From Schmidtea polychroa (lineage: Eukaryota): 64,000 bases of DNA. Below are positions 12,283 to 23,408 of this stretch, piece by piece. Made by a program: the position numbers and the translations under genes. The stretch is from contig CM097885.1 in assembly GCA_044892525.1 (NCBI GenBank), positions 15,874,001-15,938,000 of the forward strand. Direction: 5' to 3'. The notes beneath the pieces are model-generated. The model was not told the DNA's origin. It saw nothing but the letters and a program-made list of their open reading frames with translations, and made no database searches. Position 1 is the stretch's first letter; every line of letters starts with the position of its first letter.

Positions 12283-13698
12283 ATGTCTTTAAATAAACCC
12301 TATTGGAGATGTGAAACTTGTAATTGTCAAGTTACAAGACATCATAAAGCAAGTCGTCTTAAAACTAAAAAACATACAGTAGGTGACCTAATTCCACGAG
12401 CTGGAGGCGATTTGCAATCTTCAAAAACAACATCTTCAATATTAAAACCTTTTACTACAGAAAAATATCCAGGTGAAAGACATTTATTTAAACACAACTA
12501 TACTGGACCAGGAACACGTCTAGATATTAGATTAGATGAAAATAATAATCCCAAACAAGGAGAAGAACCAATAAATAGAATTGATCAAACAGCTTTAAAA
12601 CATGACATTGCATACAATTCAACAAATCTTAGAGATAGACATGTTGCAGATGTGAATTTAATACATGATTTAAATAGTATCCAAAATCCATCAACCCAAG
12701 AAAAGATTCAAAGAGCTCTAGTTAAATTAGCAATGAAAGGTAAGATTTTCATAGGCTTAGGACACAGTCCGATCACCATGGGTGCAAGACTTCCTAGGAA
12801 AGCAAAAGATGTTGCTAATAAAAAGATTATTGAACAAGCAGATGCTGAAAGATCCCTCGAGAATATATCCAAGACTAGTTTATTAACCCCAACAGAATCA
12901 CAAATAAAATATGCCAACGAATTACACCATGAATTTAGAAAAAATAAAAAATATTTAAAAGTTCAAGTACATGAAAAAGATCAAACATGGTCTGCAGATT
13001 TAGTCTTTATGCCAACCAAATCATCAGACCCTGAAAAATATAAAATAATTTTAACTGTAATAGATTTATATACAAGATTTGCTTTTGCAAGACGTTTAGA
13101 AAATAAAACAGGATATTCTATTACAGAAGCATTTGAAAATATATTTGAAGAAAATCAAAGAATCCCAAAATATTTATGGTGTGATAAAGGAACAGAATTT
13201 TATAACAAAGTTTTTACAAAGTTTTTAAATGAAAATGATATTAAATTATATTCAACAGAAAACGAAGGAAAAGCAGTCGTAGTTGAAAGATTAAATAGAA
13301 CATTAAAAAATAAAATGTGGAAATATTTTACTGCTATTGGAAAACAAAAATGGAACAATGAATTGTTACAAAAGATTGTAAATGAATATAATAATGATGT
13401 ACATAGTTCTATAAAATTAACACCTTTAAATGCTTCCATGAAGCCTGAAACCATTAAAGTGGTAAATATTGAAAATGATGTTATTGAAAAACTAAAGTTT
13501 AAAATTGGTGACCGAGTAAGAATATTTAAATATAAAAATAAATTTGAAAAAGGATTCACAGCAAAATGGACAAATGAAATTTTTATTATAAATAAAATAC
13601 ATTATACAACTCCAATAACATATAGCATCTTTGATTTAAATAATGAAAAAATATTAGGTAGATTTTATAATAATGAACTACAGAAAACAGATTTTTAA
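12283..13698 (+). CDS. Zn-finger-like + parvovirus-type phospholipase A2 + retroviral-type (rve) integrase fusion
   Basis: N-terminal CETC...KKH; PLA2 motifs NYTGPGT and IDQTALKHDIAY; integrase DDE motifs WSADL, WCDKGTEF, VVERLNRTLK; C-terminal FKIGDRVRI. One uninterrupted frame. Confidence 0.9.
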   Translation: MSLNKPYWRCETCNCQVTRHHKASRLKTKKHTVGDLIPRAGGDLQSSKTTSSILKPFTTEKYPGERHLFKHNYTGPGTRLDIRLDENNNPKQGEEPINRIDQTALKHDIAYNSTNLRDRHVADVNLIHDLNSIQNPSTQEKIQRALVKLAMKGKIFIGLGHSPITMGARLPRKAKDVANKKIIEQADAERSLENISKTSLLTPTESQIKYANELHHEFRKNKKYLKVQVHEKDQTWSADLVFMPTKSSDPEKYKIILTVIDLYTRFAFARRLENKTGYSITEAFENIFEENQRIPKYLWCDKGTEFYNKVFTKFLNENDIKLYSTENEGKAVVVERLNRTLKNKMWKYFTAIGKQKWNNELLQKIVNEYNNDVHSSIKLTPLNASMKPETIKVVNIENDVIEKLKFKIGDRVRIFKYKNKFEKGFTAKWTNEIFIINKIHYTTPITYSIFDLNNEKILGRFYNNELQKTDF

Positions 13699-13709
13699 GT
13701 CGACAAGCC

Positions 13710-14501
13710 CTAAAACAAACTTTTCCATATTTCAGCTTCTTCTCTATCCAAATAAATATAATTATATTTTTCTTTCCAATGATTATCAACAAACATATCA
13801 AACATATTCTTATCAGGTTCAACATTTGAAAATAAATCATTATAAATCATATTCTTATCACGGCGATCTAATTTAAAAAATATAAAACAATTGGAATTAT
13901 TTCTTATTGAATTTTTATCTAAAGCATAATATGTTTGAGATATATAAATAACATTACAATTATTATGTCGACCTCGTGTAAAGTAACTCTTTTGAATCTC
14001 TTGATTTTTCATATTAACAACATCATCAAATATAACTAGATTCTTTTTATCTTTAGGAAGTAAATCACAATGTAAAACATCTTCAGGTTTATTAGAGAAT
14101 AAAACTTGAATTGCCTCCTGCCCTTCTTCACAAATATAATCATTTTTATTACTAATATCTGATTCTAAAATCTTTTCCTTATACCAATCAACCATATCAC
14201 AAGGTTGATAAACTTCTTCAGGACACCTATGTTGATTTTTAAAAATATCAATTATTGCTTTTTTAGTTAATTTATTTTCAAATCCACATTTCAAAAGTTG
14301 TAATTCTGGTTGATTTATGGTTGTAGAATAAAAGATTAAATTATTATAATCTAAAAAATCATCTTCAAGTAACATTCTCAAAACAAGTACATTCTTTCCA
14401 CATCCAGAAGAACCAACAATTAATAATCTAAAATTATCAGGAAATACTTTATTATTAAATTTACTCTTATGTCTATTTAAAATTGGTTTCCAAATATCCA
14501 T
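13710..14501 (-). CDS. A32/FtsK-like genome packaging ATPase
   Basis: Walker A GSSGCGKN, Walker B LVIFDD, TRGRHNNCNVIYISQ, IRNN. Start taken at ATG 14501. Confidence 0.92.
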   Translation of the reverse strand: MDIWKPILNRHKSKFNNKVFPDNFRLLIVGSSGCGKNVLVLRMLLEDDFLDYNNLIFYSTTINQPELQLLKCGFENKLTKKAIIDIFKNQHRCPEEVYQPCDMVDWYKEKILESDISNKNDYICEEGQEAIQVLFSNKPEDVLHCDLLPKDKKNLVIFDDVVNMKNQEIQKSYFTRGRHNNCNVIYISQTYYALDKNSIRNNSNCFIFFKLDRRDKNMIYNDLFSNVEPDKNMFDMFVDNHWKEKYNYIYLDREEAEIWKSLF

Positions 14502-14516
14502 TTTATTTATTATAAA

Positions 14517-15086
14517 ATGACCTCGAAGAGTTCCTCTACTGAAGAATCTTTGCAAGAATTAATAAATTCAAATAAAAATAAATCAGTAGTAATTGATGGT
14601 AAAAAATATTTTATTGGAAAACATGTAAAAGAACAAGTTAGAGCGAAGCTCCACGAAGCTAAAGAAGGTGGCATTCTTCCATTAGCTGCTTTAATACCTG
14701 CAATCATTGCTGGTTTATCAGGTGCTGCTGGAATAGCTGGAGGAATTGCAACTACAGTTCAAAAAGCTAAAGAATCTCAAAAGACAGACCTAGAAAAAGA
14801 AAAACTACAAACTGAAATCGATTCAATGAAGAAGGTAAGGCAAGCTAAAGGGGGAGTGTCCGTTGGAAAGGGTCTCTATCTTAATCCATATGAGGGGAGT
14901 CGGCAAAAGTCTCAGGGCAAAGGTCTCTATCTAAATGATTTTTTAAAAAATCAAATTTCTACATCTGAATCTTTATCTTCAAAAGATAAAGAAGATTTAA
15001 AAAAGATATGTAAATCTTTAAAGAATGGATGCCTTTGTAAAACTAAAAATGGTAAAGGATTATACTTGAAGCCCTTCGAACTATGA
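14517..15086 (+). CDS. Virion core protein with adenovirus pX-like hydrophobic segment
   Basis: GGILPLAALIPAIIAGLSGAAGIAGG resembles adenovirus pX (GGILPLLIPLIAAAIGAVPGIA). Three GKGLYL repeats. Confidence 0.65.
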   Translation: MTSKSSSTEESLQELINSNKNKSVVIDGKKYFIGKHVKEQVRAKLHEAKEGGILPLAALIPAIIAGLSGAAGIAGGIATTVQKAKESQKTDLEKEKLQTEIDSMKKVRQAKGGVSVGKGLYLNPYEGSRQKSQGKGLYLNDFLKNQISTSESLSSKDKEDLKKICKSLKNGCLCKTKNGKGLYLKPFEL

Positions 15087-15108
15087 TACCATTTTTGATA
15101 CCATTAAA

Positions 15109-15990
15109 ATGGTATATGAAGAAAGATTAGCACTTTTAAAAAAATTACAATCAGAACAAGATAAATATAATAAAAAAGATACAACTCAACATGCTGAATC
15201 TATAATATTAAATGAGGTAATAACACAACAACAGGGGCCAACAATTAAAGCTATAAAAGAGTTGGAAGATTTCAATGAGCAAGCAAAATTTAAAGAGTTA
15301 GAAGATAAAAAACAAAAAATAAAAGAACTAGAGTGGCAGGATAAAGAAAAAGAATCCAGTGAAAACCATCCTGAAAGAAATCAAAGAAAACGCAGAAGAA
15401 TTTCTAATGTGGAAGAAGAAGAAATGTTTTTAAAAACAAAACCTCTTAAAGTTGATCCTAAAATTAGAGATGATTTACCTCCTTCAATTAGACCCACATT
15501 TAATACTAATACTGAAGGATATCAAATAATAACAATTAATAAACAAAACTTTACTTTATATTCAAATTCAGAAAATAAATCACGTATTCATTCACAAAAT
15601 GTTTATAATAATGAATATTTAGACTTTGAATTTACAGATGATTTTTATAGATTACTTTGTGGATATTCTTCAGATGATGTTGAAGAAATTAAAAAATATT
15701 TAAATTTAATAAGATTAATAAGAGCTAGTTCTAAAGCAAAATATATTCAAGATTTAAAGAATTATTTAAATAAAAATGAAAAGGGTTATGTTGTTACAGA
15801 GGGAGAGGGATTAATTAGTGAAGGTGGTAAACCAAATCCCATCAATCTTTTTATTGAATTAAGAAAACTATTAGCTGCAAGGAAAGCAGGACATAATAAT
15901 TTAGATTCTGATATTTTAAAGATTTCTAAAGATTTGTTAAAACAAGGAATAATTTCAAAAGATAAATTTAATAAGTATACGAAGTTATAA
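15109..15990 (+). CDS. Uncharacterised Polinton protein (293 aa)
   Basis: Long ORF in the structural block. The C-terminal NPINLFIELRKLLAARKAGHNN..GIIS resembles a motif I recall from Maverick-associated proteins. Confidence 0.65.
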   Translation: MVYEERLALLKKLQSEQDKYNKKDTTQHAESIILNEVITQQQGPTIKAIKELEDFNEQAKFKELEDKKQKIKELEWQDKEKESSENHPERNQRKRRRISNVEEEEMFLKTKPLKVDPKIRDDLPPSIRPTFNTNTEGYQIITINKQNFTLYSNSENKSRIHSQNVYNNEYLDFEFTDDFYRLLCGYSSDDVEEIKKYLNLIRLIRASSKAKYIQDLKNYLNKNEKGYVVTEGEGLISEGGKPNPINLFIELRKLLAARKAGHNNLDSDILKISKDLLKQGIISKDKFNKYTKL

Positions 15991-16012
15991 ATACGAAGTT
16001 TTAAAATACAAA

Positions 16013-16477
16013 ATGACTCCTTCAATATTAGATTTTTTAAAAACATTTGGAATAAATGCAAAAACAAATTTTGATTTAAAAGATTATGCAAATTATTTAA
16101 ATTTAAAAATTAAAATATTAATGAATGATGAATTATCAAGTCTGGAGAGTCCCCTGAATATAATAATCAATTATCAAAATTCAAATGAAAAAGGATCTCA
16201 TTGGGTTTGTATATATAAGAAATCTATCTACTTTGATTCTTTTGGGATTAAACCTACTAAAGAAGTTGAAGATTATCTCTTGAGGGGTTCTCCGATTGAT
16301 TCCCCAAATGGTTATACTTTTAACTCTTTACAAGTTCAACCTTTGAATACTAAAATATGTGGTATTTTAAGTTTATATGTTTTGTATAGATTGAATAAGG
16401 GAGAGGGAAAGGGGCATACGCAGGATTTTAAATCTATAATTCAAGAAATTTATAATGATCTAGAATCTCTACTATAA
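16013..16477 (+). CDS. Adenain-like cysteine maturation protease
   Basis: GSHWVC (His), YFDSFG (Asp), QVQ and ICG (Cys) in the order of Polinton/adenovirus proteases. Confidence 0.92.
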   Translation: MTPSILDFLKTFGINAKTNFDLKDYANYLNLKIKILMNDELSSLESPLNIIINYQNSNEKGSHWVCIYKKSIYFDSFGIKPTKEVEDYLLRGSPIDSPNGYTFNSLQVQPLNTKICGILSLYVLYRLNKGEGKGHTQDFKSIIQEIYNDLESLL

Positions 16478-16525
16478 GGATTTTTACTATAAGGATTTTT
16501 ACTATATGAATTTACTACTAAAGAA

Positions 16526-17290
16526 ATGGAGCTTCACAACCCTCCGGAAGATAATTTAAAAAAAATGGTAAACATAATGTCAGATAAATATTCAAGAACT
16601 TTATCTATAAATTCAAAAGAATCAGACTTTACTATAAACTTTCAAGATTCAATTAAATTAGATCAAAATTTAAATTATGAATTGGGGCTATTATGGTTTT
16701 GTGCTTATAATACTATTTTTAATATAACTAAAGATAATAATAAATTTACTATTCAAACTCGTGATGGGCATAAACCAGAAATTATAACAATAGAACCTGG
16801 GGCATATGAGATAAAAGATTTAAATGATATACTTTCTAAAAAATCAAATGAAGGTATTAAAATTAAAATGGATATACCAACTTCAAAATGTGTAATGACT
16901 TTGAAGAATATAAAAATTAGTTTTTTAGATAATTGTTTCTTTCACACAGTTTTAGGATTTAAACCTATGGATATAACAATAAAAGAAGATAAAATAATAA
17001 CATCAGAACATATTATAAAAATAATAAATACAAACACAATAAATATTCATTGCGATTGTATAACAGGTTCTTATAATAATGGTAAACAAACAAATGTTTT
17101 ATATTCCTTTCCCTCAAACACAGTTCCTATGGGATATAAAATAGTTGAAAGAATGAATCCTCCAAATTATTTACCTTTATGTAGAAAATATATAATGGAT
17201 ATTAATTTTAAAATTCTTAATCAAGAAGGAGAATTGATTGATTTTAATGGAGAAGAGATTTCAATGTATTTACATTTGAAACAGGTTTGA
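16526..17290 (+). CDS. Minor capsid protein (penton, single jelly-roll)
   Basis: IEPGAYEIKDLN, VLGF, INIHCDCITGSY.NG..TNVLYSF, YLPL, NQEGELIDFNGE. Start codon uncertain. Confidence 0.82.
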   Translation: MELHNPPEDNLKKMVNIMSDKYSRTLSINSKESDFTINFQDSIKLDQNLNYELGLLWFCAYNTIFNITKDNNKFTIQTRDGHKPEIITIEPGAYEIKDLNDILSKKSNEGIKIKMDIPTSKCVMTLKNIKISFLDNCFFHTVLGFKPMDITIKEDKIITSEHIIKIINTNTINIHCDCITGSYNNGKQTNVLYSFPSNTVPMGYKIVERMNPPNYLPLCRKYIMDINFKILNQEGELIDFNGEEISMYLHLKQV

Positions 17291-17314
17291 AGATTCATTT
17301 TAAATTATTAATAA

Positions 17315-18325
17315 ATGAGTTCTTATATTCCATGTAATAGAGGTGGTGGAACAATAAAAACAGGGTTTAATACAGAAGAAATATTAACTTTAACAGAAAA
17401 TAAATATATTAATGAAAGAGGTGATTCAATGAAGGGTGATTTAATTTTAAATGGACACAAGATAAAAGAATTATCTTTTCCAACTGATGAAGCTGATGCA
17501 GTTAATAAGAAATATGTAGATGGTGTTAAAAAATATACTGATTTAACAACAACAAGAATTGAAAGTTCATTAACAACAAAAATTGATTCAATGGAATCAA
17601 AGCTTAATAATATCGAACAACGATTTAATGATAAATTTGACAAGTTACAAAGTCTGTTAACTGAACAAGTTGTAAAGTTAAATACTGCTATATTAAATTC
17701 TAAAGATAAACAAATTATGAATACTAAATTTAATACAATATATAAAATAATAAATGAGATGATTACATCATTTAATAAAAGAATTTCAAATTTAGAGTCT
17801 CATGGAACACACATTAACACCACACATAGTATTAGAAAAAGAGCTGCTGAATTAGAACAGAATAAAACATTATTACCCCATACATATAAACATTTTATAG
17901 AACCAAGTTTAATAACAACAAACAGTAAAGAATGGGGTGTTTTTATGGTTGTAAAGATTATTGATCCTTATTTCTTTTTGTTTGATGATGATAATGAAAG
18001 AATGAAATGGTTTGTGAAATGTGATTATAATAGTAAGCTTGAAAAGGGTGATGTTATAATGACTAGTTATGATTTACCACACGGAGATTGGTATGTTAAT
18101 ACTCATTCAAATGGACTACATAAAGTTAAAAGTAAGAATATTATTTTTAAAAGCACACTTGTACAATATATAGATTTAATATTTTATGAAAAAAAGGTTG
18201 ATGTTGATGAAGTTCGTAAAGCATTGAGAGAATTGTATAAAGATATCCTCTCAACAAGAGTTTCTTTTGATATCCGAGTATTGGTGCCAGATGGTGCTCA
18301 GAAGAATAAAGTCTTATTTTTTTAA
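17315..18325 (+). CDS. Putative fibre/receptor-binding protein
   Basis: GDSMKGDLILNGHKIKELSFPTDEADAVNKKYVD matches a fibre-type motif. It is followed by a coiled coil and a globular C-terminus, and lies directly after the penton gene. Confidence 0.55.
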   Translation: MSSYIPCNRGGGTIKTGFNTEEILTLTENKYINERGDSMKGDLILNGHKIKELSFPTDEADAVNKKYVDGVKKYTDLTTTRIESSLTTKIDSMESKLNNIEQRFNDKFDKLQSLLTEQVVKLNTAILNSKDKQIMNTKFNTIYKIINEMITSFNKRISNLESHGTHINTTHSIRKRAAELEQNKTLLPHTYKHFIEPSLITTNSKEWGVFMVVKIIDPYFFLFDDDNERMKWFVKCDYNSKLEKGDVIMTSYDLPHGDWYVNTHSNGLHKVKSKNIIFKSTLVQYIDLIFYEKKVDVDEVRKALRELYKDILSTRVSFDIRVLVPDGAQKNKVLFF

Positions 18326-18333
18326 TTATTAAA

Positions 18334-18930
18334 ATGGAAGAAGTAAGAGAAGAAAAAATTTACCCAGAATTGAGATCATCAGGATATTATTCTTCCAAGG
18401 CCTCGGCTCCCACAGAACTTGAAATTATGAGAGTAAAAGAATTTAAATCAGAAACCTTACATTTACAAGATTTATTAAAGCATTATAAAAAAATTAAAAA
18501 TAGATGGAATAAAGGGAATACAGTTTTAAAAGTTATAGGTTATTCTTTAGGATTTGCATCTGCAATATTAACAGTTATTTTACCCATAACTTTACCAGTT
18601 GTTACTCTTGCACCTGTAATACTTGGAAGTATTTCTGTGGCTGATGGTTTCTTAACTGAAATAGTTTCATTATCTTATACTTCTAAAAAGAAAAGTTTAT
18701 ATAGAGAAGTTTGTTTATCAATAGAATTAGGAATCTCTAAATTATTTTTATTTCAATTAAAAGCTTTGGAAGATGGAATCCTGACAGACGAAGAAATAAT
18801 GAAATCAAATCAAATAATACAAGATATAAAGAATGAGGTTATAAGATTAAAAAGGGAGGGCATGGTGGCTAATGTTATAAGTAATAAAAAAACATCTCGA
18901 GAAAAATGGTTAAAGAATTCTTATTTATAA
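18334..18930 (+). CDS. Two-helix membrane protein (adintovirus 'GasderminX'-like)
   Basis: IYPEL..SAP, central hydrophobic hairpin, KALEDGILTDEE. Family assignment is from recalled motifs. Confidence 0.55.
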   Translation: MEEVREEKIYPELRSSGYYSSKASAPTELEIMRVKEFKSETLHLQDLLKHYKKIKNRWNKGNTVLKVIGYSLGFASAILTVILPITLPVVTLAPVILGSISVADGFLTEIVSLSYTSKKKSLYREVCLSIELGISKLFLFQLKALEDGILTDEEIMKSNQIIQDIKNEVIRLKREGMVANVISNKKTSREKWLKNSYL

Positions 18931-19024
18931 AATGGGTTTATTTTTAAAAAAGTAGATCAGGTTGCTATAGTTGCTTAAATTAATTGTCGACATTTTATTA
19001 TTAAAAAATTAAATATCGTTGGTT

Positions 19025-22000
19025 TCAGTTATGGTTGAAAGCCAACCTTTGAATCATTAATTTATGATCTTTAAATTCTTTATCACTTAGACCTTTTATA
19101 TATTCAGGATCAGTATTAAAATATTTAAGTTCTAAACATATAGGATTAAAAACTTGAGAATATAAAGGCTTCTCGATTTCTCTCTTGGGATAAATAATTT
19201 CAACATTATAAATATCAAGATCAGTAATCTTTGTATCATATAACTTATTCAACTTTTCTAGATTTTTTATTATAGGGATTAAATTATTTCCAATAGGTAG
19301 AGTTGTCTTTAAATCACTTAGTATGAATCTCTTATCATCATAATTTGATAATGATACTTTTTGAGATTCTATCAAGTGAATATCATGGTTTTCACTTTTA
19401 AGTTGATGTATTTCATCAATTTTATCTTTATGATTTGGATTCAATGCATCTATATAATCTTGATGAGAAAGATTCTTTGCAACCACTCTCGGTATTCCTT
19501 TACATCTGTTATCCTTTACAGGTTTTTCTTCTTGTCCCTCTGGTCCTTTAGGAAATATAGGATATCTATGTGTAATGGTTTCTTCTGTTTCTGGAGTTTT
19601 AAATATAAATGATCTAGTTATAAATTCAGGGTTTCTAAATGTTTCGTATGAATATTGTTTAGCACGAATAAATATTCCATTTTCTATAGGAGTAAAAGGT
19701 TTTTCATCTTTAAACGAAAATAGTTCTCCAGTTGAATTTATTAAATTTGAAAGTATAGGATTTTCAGCTATATCTCTTTGTAAATCATGAGTTCTTATTG
19801 TTAAAAACATTGAATCTGTATCCATTGCATGCATTGATATATTAGAACCATATATAGGTTGTAAGATGTTATAATATGTTTCATACATTTGTAATTTTGA
19901 AAGTTCTAAAATTGAAAACCCTATAAATATTGGTTTGTTGTATGTTTTCTCAAAACTCTTTAGTTCTATTGCAGTAAGACTTTCAGAAAATACTTGTGCG
20001 TTTTTAAATGTAGGCTTTCCTAGCATACGATTATAACGCTTAATATCTTTGGCAGTATTAGTTAGGAGTTCAATATGAGTATATTTATCAACATTCTCCA
20101 TTGTCTTCCCAAAGACTGAATTGTTTAAAAGTTTATAATTATTATCTTTAAAAAGGTTACCTTCTCTTTTTGCAATGTTTCGACACCTAATGTTCTCCTC
20201 GATAAAAGCTTTCATGAATGGAGCTTGTTTAAATCTTATGACACTATGAACTTTTTTTAATATCATTCCTCGTGAGAGATAAAATTGGAGGAGTCTATAG
20301 TGACAAAGATAAAACCTTCGATCTGTTTGATCACAAAGAAGTTTCATTGTTGGAGGTTTATCTTGTGAGATTTGCCATTCAGAAAGTTCGTTGATATCAA
20401 TCTTTCTTCTTATGGGAGCTAAAGGAAAATATCTTGTTCCTGATTTTATATCATCTGGATAGTCGAGGTCACATTCTATAAAGTAACCTATTGGAAAATC
20501 TTTCGACGTTGAAAGTATTTCTTTCATAAGGTCATCTGTTGGGTTCTCTATTCCAGTGAAATCACTCATTGGTAAATATTGAGTCATAATTCCTGAATAT
20601 AAAGCTGTTGCATCTATATAAAGTATAAATATAGGATTTTTCATTGTTTCTAATAATTCTTTTAATTCCTCATTGTTAATTTTCATATATGGATCATCAG
20701 GGTGTTTAGAGAGTCTTCGGCTAGTAGTTATTGCATTTCTAGCTTTTATTTCTCTATTCCCCATTACTGAAGAGACTCCTCCTCTAATGTTTGTTTTAAT
20801 TTGGTTAAACATATCGAGGTTAGTTAAAAGATCTATAATTTTATCAGCATCTTCTATATTTGAAGTCCAAATGGTATATAACATAGTATCCCAAGCTAAA
20901 GAGGGTGCAGTTATATAATTATAAGGTTTAAGAACAAAAGAGTTTGTAAATTCTTCAAAGCAATCTGCTAGAATATAAACATCTAAGGATAAATACATGT
21001 TGGTATATTCTCCTAAAGTTTTACACTTGAATAATTCCCACATTTTTAATGCTCGAGAATATTCTTGATCTGTAATCCCTGATTGTAGTAAGTTTGAAAA
21101 GAAATCTTCTTTGTTAGGAAGACTTGTTTCATTATATCTTTCAAACGAGTCAACATAGTCATAAGGATATATTTCCTTTTGCTAAACATGTAGGATATTC
21201 TTCTAGAGGAATATTATTTTTTTCCAAGAATTCTCGAGTGATTTTAAAATTTTCTGGTTTCATTGTTTTTGCTACTGCATCTAAAGACATTTGGAGAAAG
21301 TTTAACGAGTCTATAAATTTTAATTTTCCATATTCAATTGATTTATATTTTTCCTTTGTTAAGCCGATAACTTTGAAAGAGTTTTTAGCATTTGCTGCGA
21401 GGTGTTTAATAAATAGATGTATGTCATATCCAAAAAGATTATGAAATATAACAGGTATAAATTTAGGAGTATGACAATTAAGATTGCAATTTTTATGAGC
21501 TGCTCCTCGATAATTATTTTCCTTTTTTAAATGATCATGATCTATAACTTTTTCATCAGGAAGAATATTCTGTTTACACATCCAACAGTTGGAAGTATTT
21601 TCATATTCTTGTTGTTGTTGATTAGAAATATTTTTGAGGATACTTTGTTTTTAATATTTTAAATATTTCATGTTCTAGATCATTTATATTTTTAGTAAAA
21701 TGATTCAAGACTTCTGTTTCTGAAATTCCTCGAAATGTATATTCTCTAGATTCTATGAGTTCAGGATAATTACTTTTAAATAATAATTTATAAGCAGATG
21801 GTAATTGTTTAGTTTTTTTAACACTATTAGGTTTATTTCTTTTTCTTAGAAAGGCTTTCATCCTCTCTGGTTTCATCTTCTCTCCTGAGGAGTTCCAGGA
21901 ATCCATGAGTTTATTTTTTTCTATTATTTTTAAATATTGATAAACCAAATCTTGTTTATGGTTTATAGATTCAAAGTCACCATAAAGAACTCCAACTGTT

Positions 22001-23381
22001 TGTAGTAAATTTGAAAAGTTTTTAAAATATATCTTGGGATTATTAGGCATTTTAATTAAAGCTGGATCATCTTTTTCACAAAGTCTTGTATGTTTAATCA
22101 TAGAGTTTTAGTTGTTGAATAATGAAGACATCTTTTACATGTTCCTCCTCCACTAGTTGGATTCTCTGGTGATGTAAAAGCTTGAAAGTTTTTTATTAAA
22201 ACATAATATTGATTATTTTGTTGTTCCAAGATTAAAAGATATATCTCCCTAGTGTTATCCTGCGGTTCGTTATCTCTAACTTCATAATCTGAAATATAAA
22301 TTGGAATAATTTCTCTGCTATTAACATGTTTCCCTTTAACACGTTCATAAATATTAATTTTAAGATTATTTAAACTTTCAAATTTTGGAATGTCTTCTAG
22401 TTTCATTGGATGTTTGAATCCTTTGGGAAATATTAATTCATTTTCATATTGTTTGTATTTTGAAACTCTTTGGGGATTTGTTGCTTGAGGATGTAAATGT
22501 GCAAATATTGACCAGATGAAACATTTGTTATCATTATTCTGTACATTTATAACATTTTTAGATTTAAAGGGTGTAGGAATATAAGATTTAGGATTGGGTG
22601 GTAATCTTCTCCAATAATCAATCACTAAAGTTTGGAAAGAGTTGAATACTAAGTTTGAATCTCCTAATTCATTTTCTACTTCCTCTTGTTTTGCTTCTGC
22701 TGCTTTAATTATTTCTTTGATGGTTTTATCAAATCCTTTAATTGAAAATAAATATTTAAAAGGTATTCCAATTTCAACATCTAAGGGTGTTGTCTTTTCT
22801 TCTGCTCCTCGCCAGTATTTTGCTTTGATTATAATTTTATATTTTATAACATTATACCTTGTCGGTTTATAATTTTTTAAAGCTTCAGTGAAAGAATTTT
22901 TAATATTTTTTTTATTTTTATTTATATATTCTCCAGGAGTTGCAGGCCCATTAATTTTTAATTGAAATTCATCTATATGATTAAAATTATCCCAGTTATA
23001 TTTTTCTCTTTCAACATGATCAGGTTCTCCTTCTGAATGACATTCCTCATCGTCAGAATTTTGTTTTTTATTTTTACATTCTTTTATATCTTCTAAATAA
23101 TAGAAATTTAGTTTTGTTGAAAAGTTACAATGAGGACATGTAAATATTTCTCTATTTTTCCCGATACAATTTTCAAAATGTTTATTATATCCAGAAAATA
23201 GAAATCTTCCTTTACATTTAAGACAAAGTTTTGAATTTGTATCATTAAGATTATTTTCTTTTAATAAATGAGCTTTCGATTTTAAGTGAGAAATTAATCC
23301 AGTTTTATTTTTAAAAACTTTATTGCAAATATTACAATTCATTTTTAGAAAAAAAATTTTTATTGGATACCCTGTTTTCAT
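19025..23381 (-). pseudogene. Protein-primed family B DNA polymerase (~1440 aa), split by three 1-nt indels
   Basis: N-terminal Zn fingers, NVQNNDNKCFIWS, YGDFES, FHNLFGYD, FIDS, KG(I)YPYDY, YIDATALY, KLLNNSVFGK, DTDS, DDKR. Frame changes near 22107, 21633 and 21173, each in an A run. Confidence 0.93.
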
Positions 23382-23408
23382 TTTATTTTTTAAGATTTAT
23401 ATTATTCA

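Noticed and set aside
21160..22115. Programmed ribosomal frameshifting in pPolB
   Set aside because: It would need three shifts in mixed directions without clear slippery-site and structure signals; mutation or consensus error is simpler.
19361..22872. Plus-strand ORFs within the polymerase region
   Set aside because: Antisense shadows of the pPolB frame.
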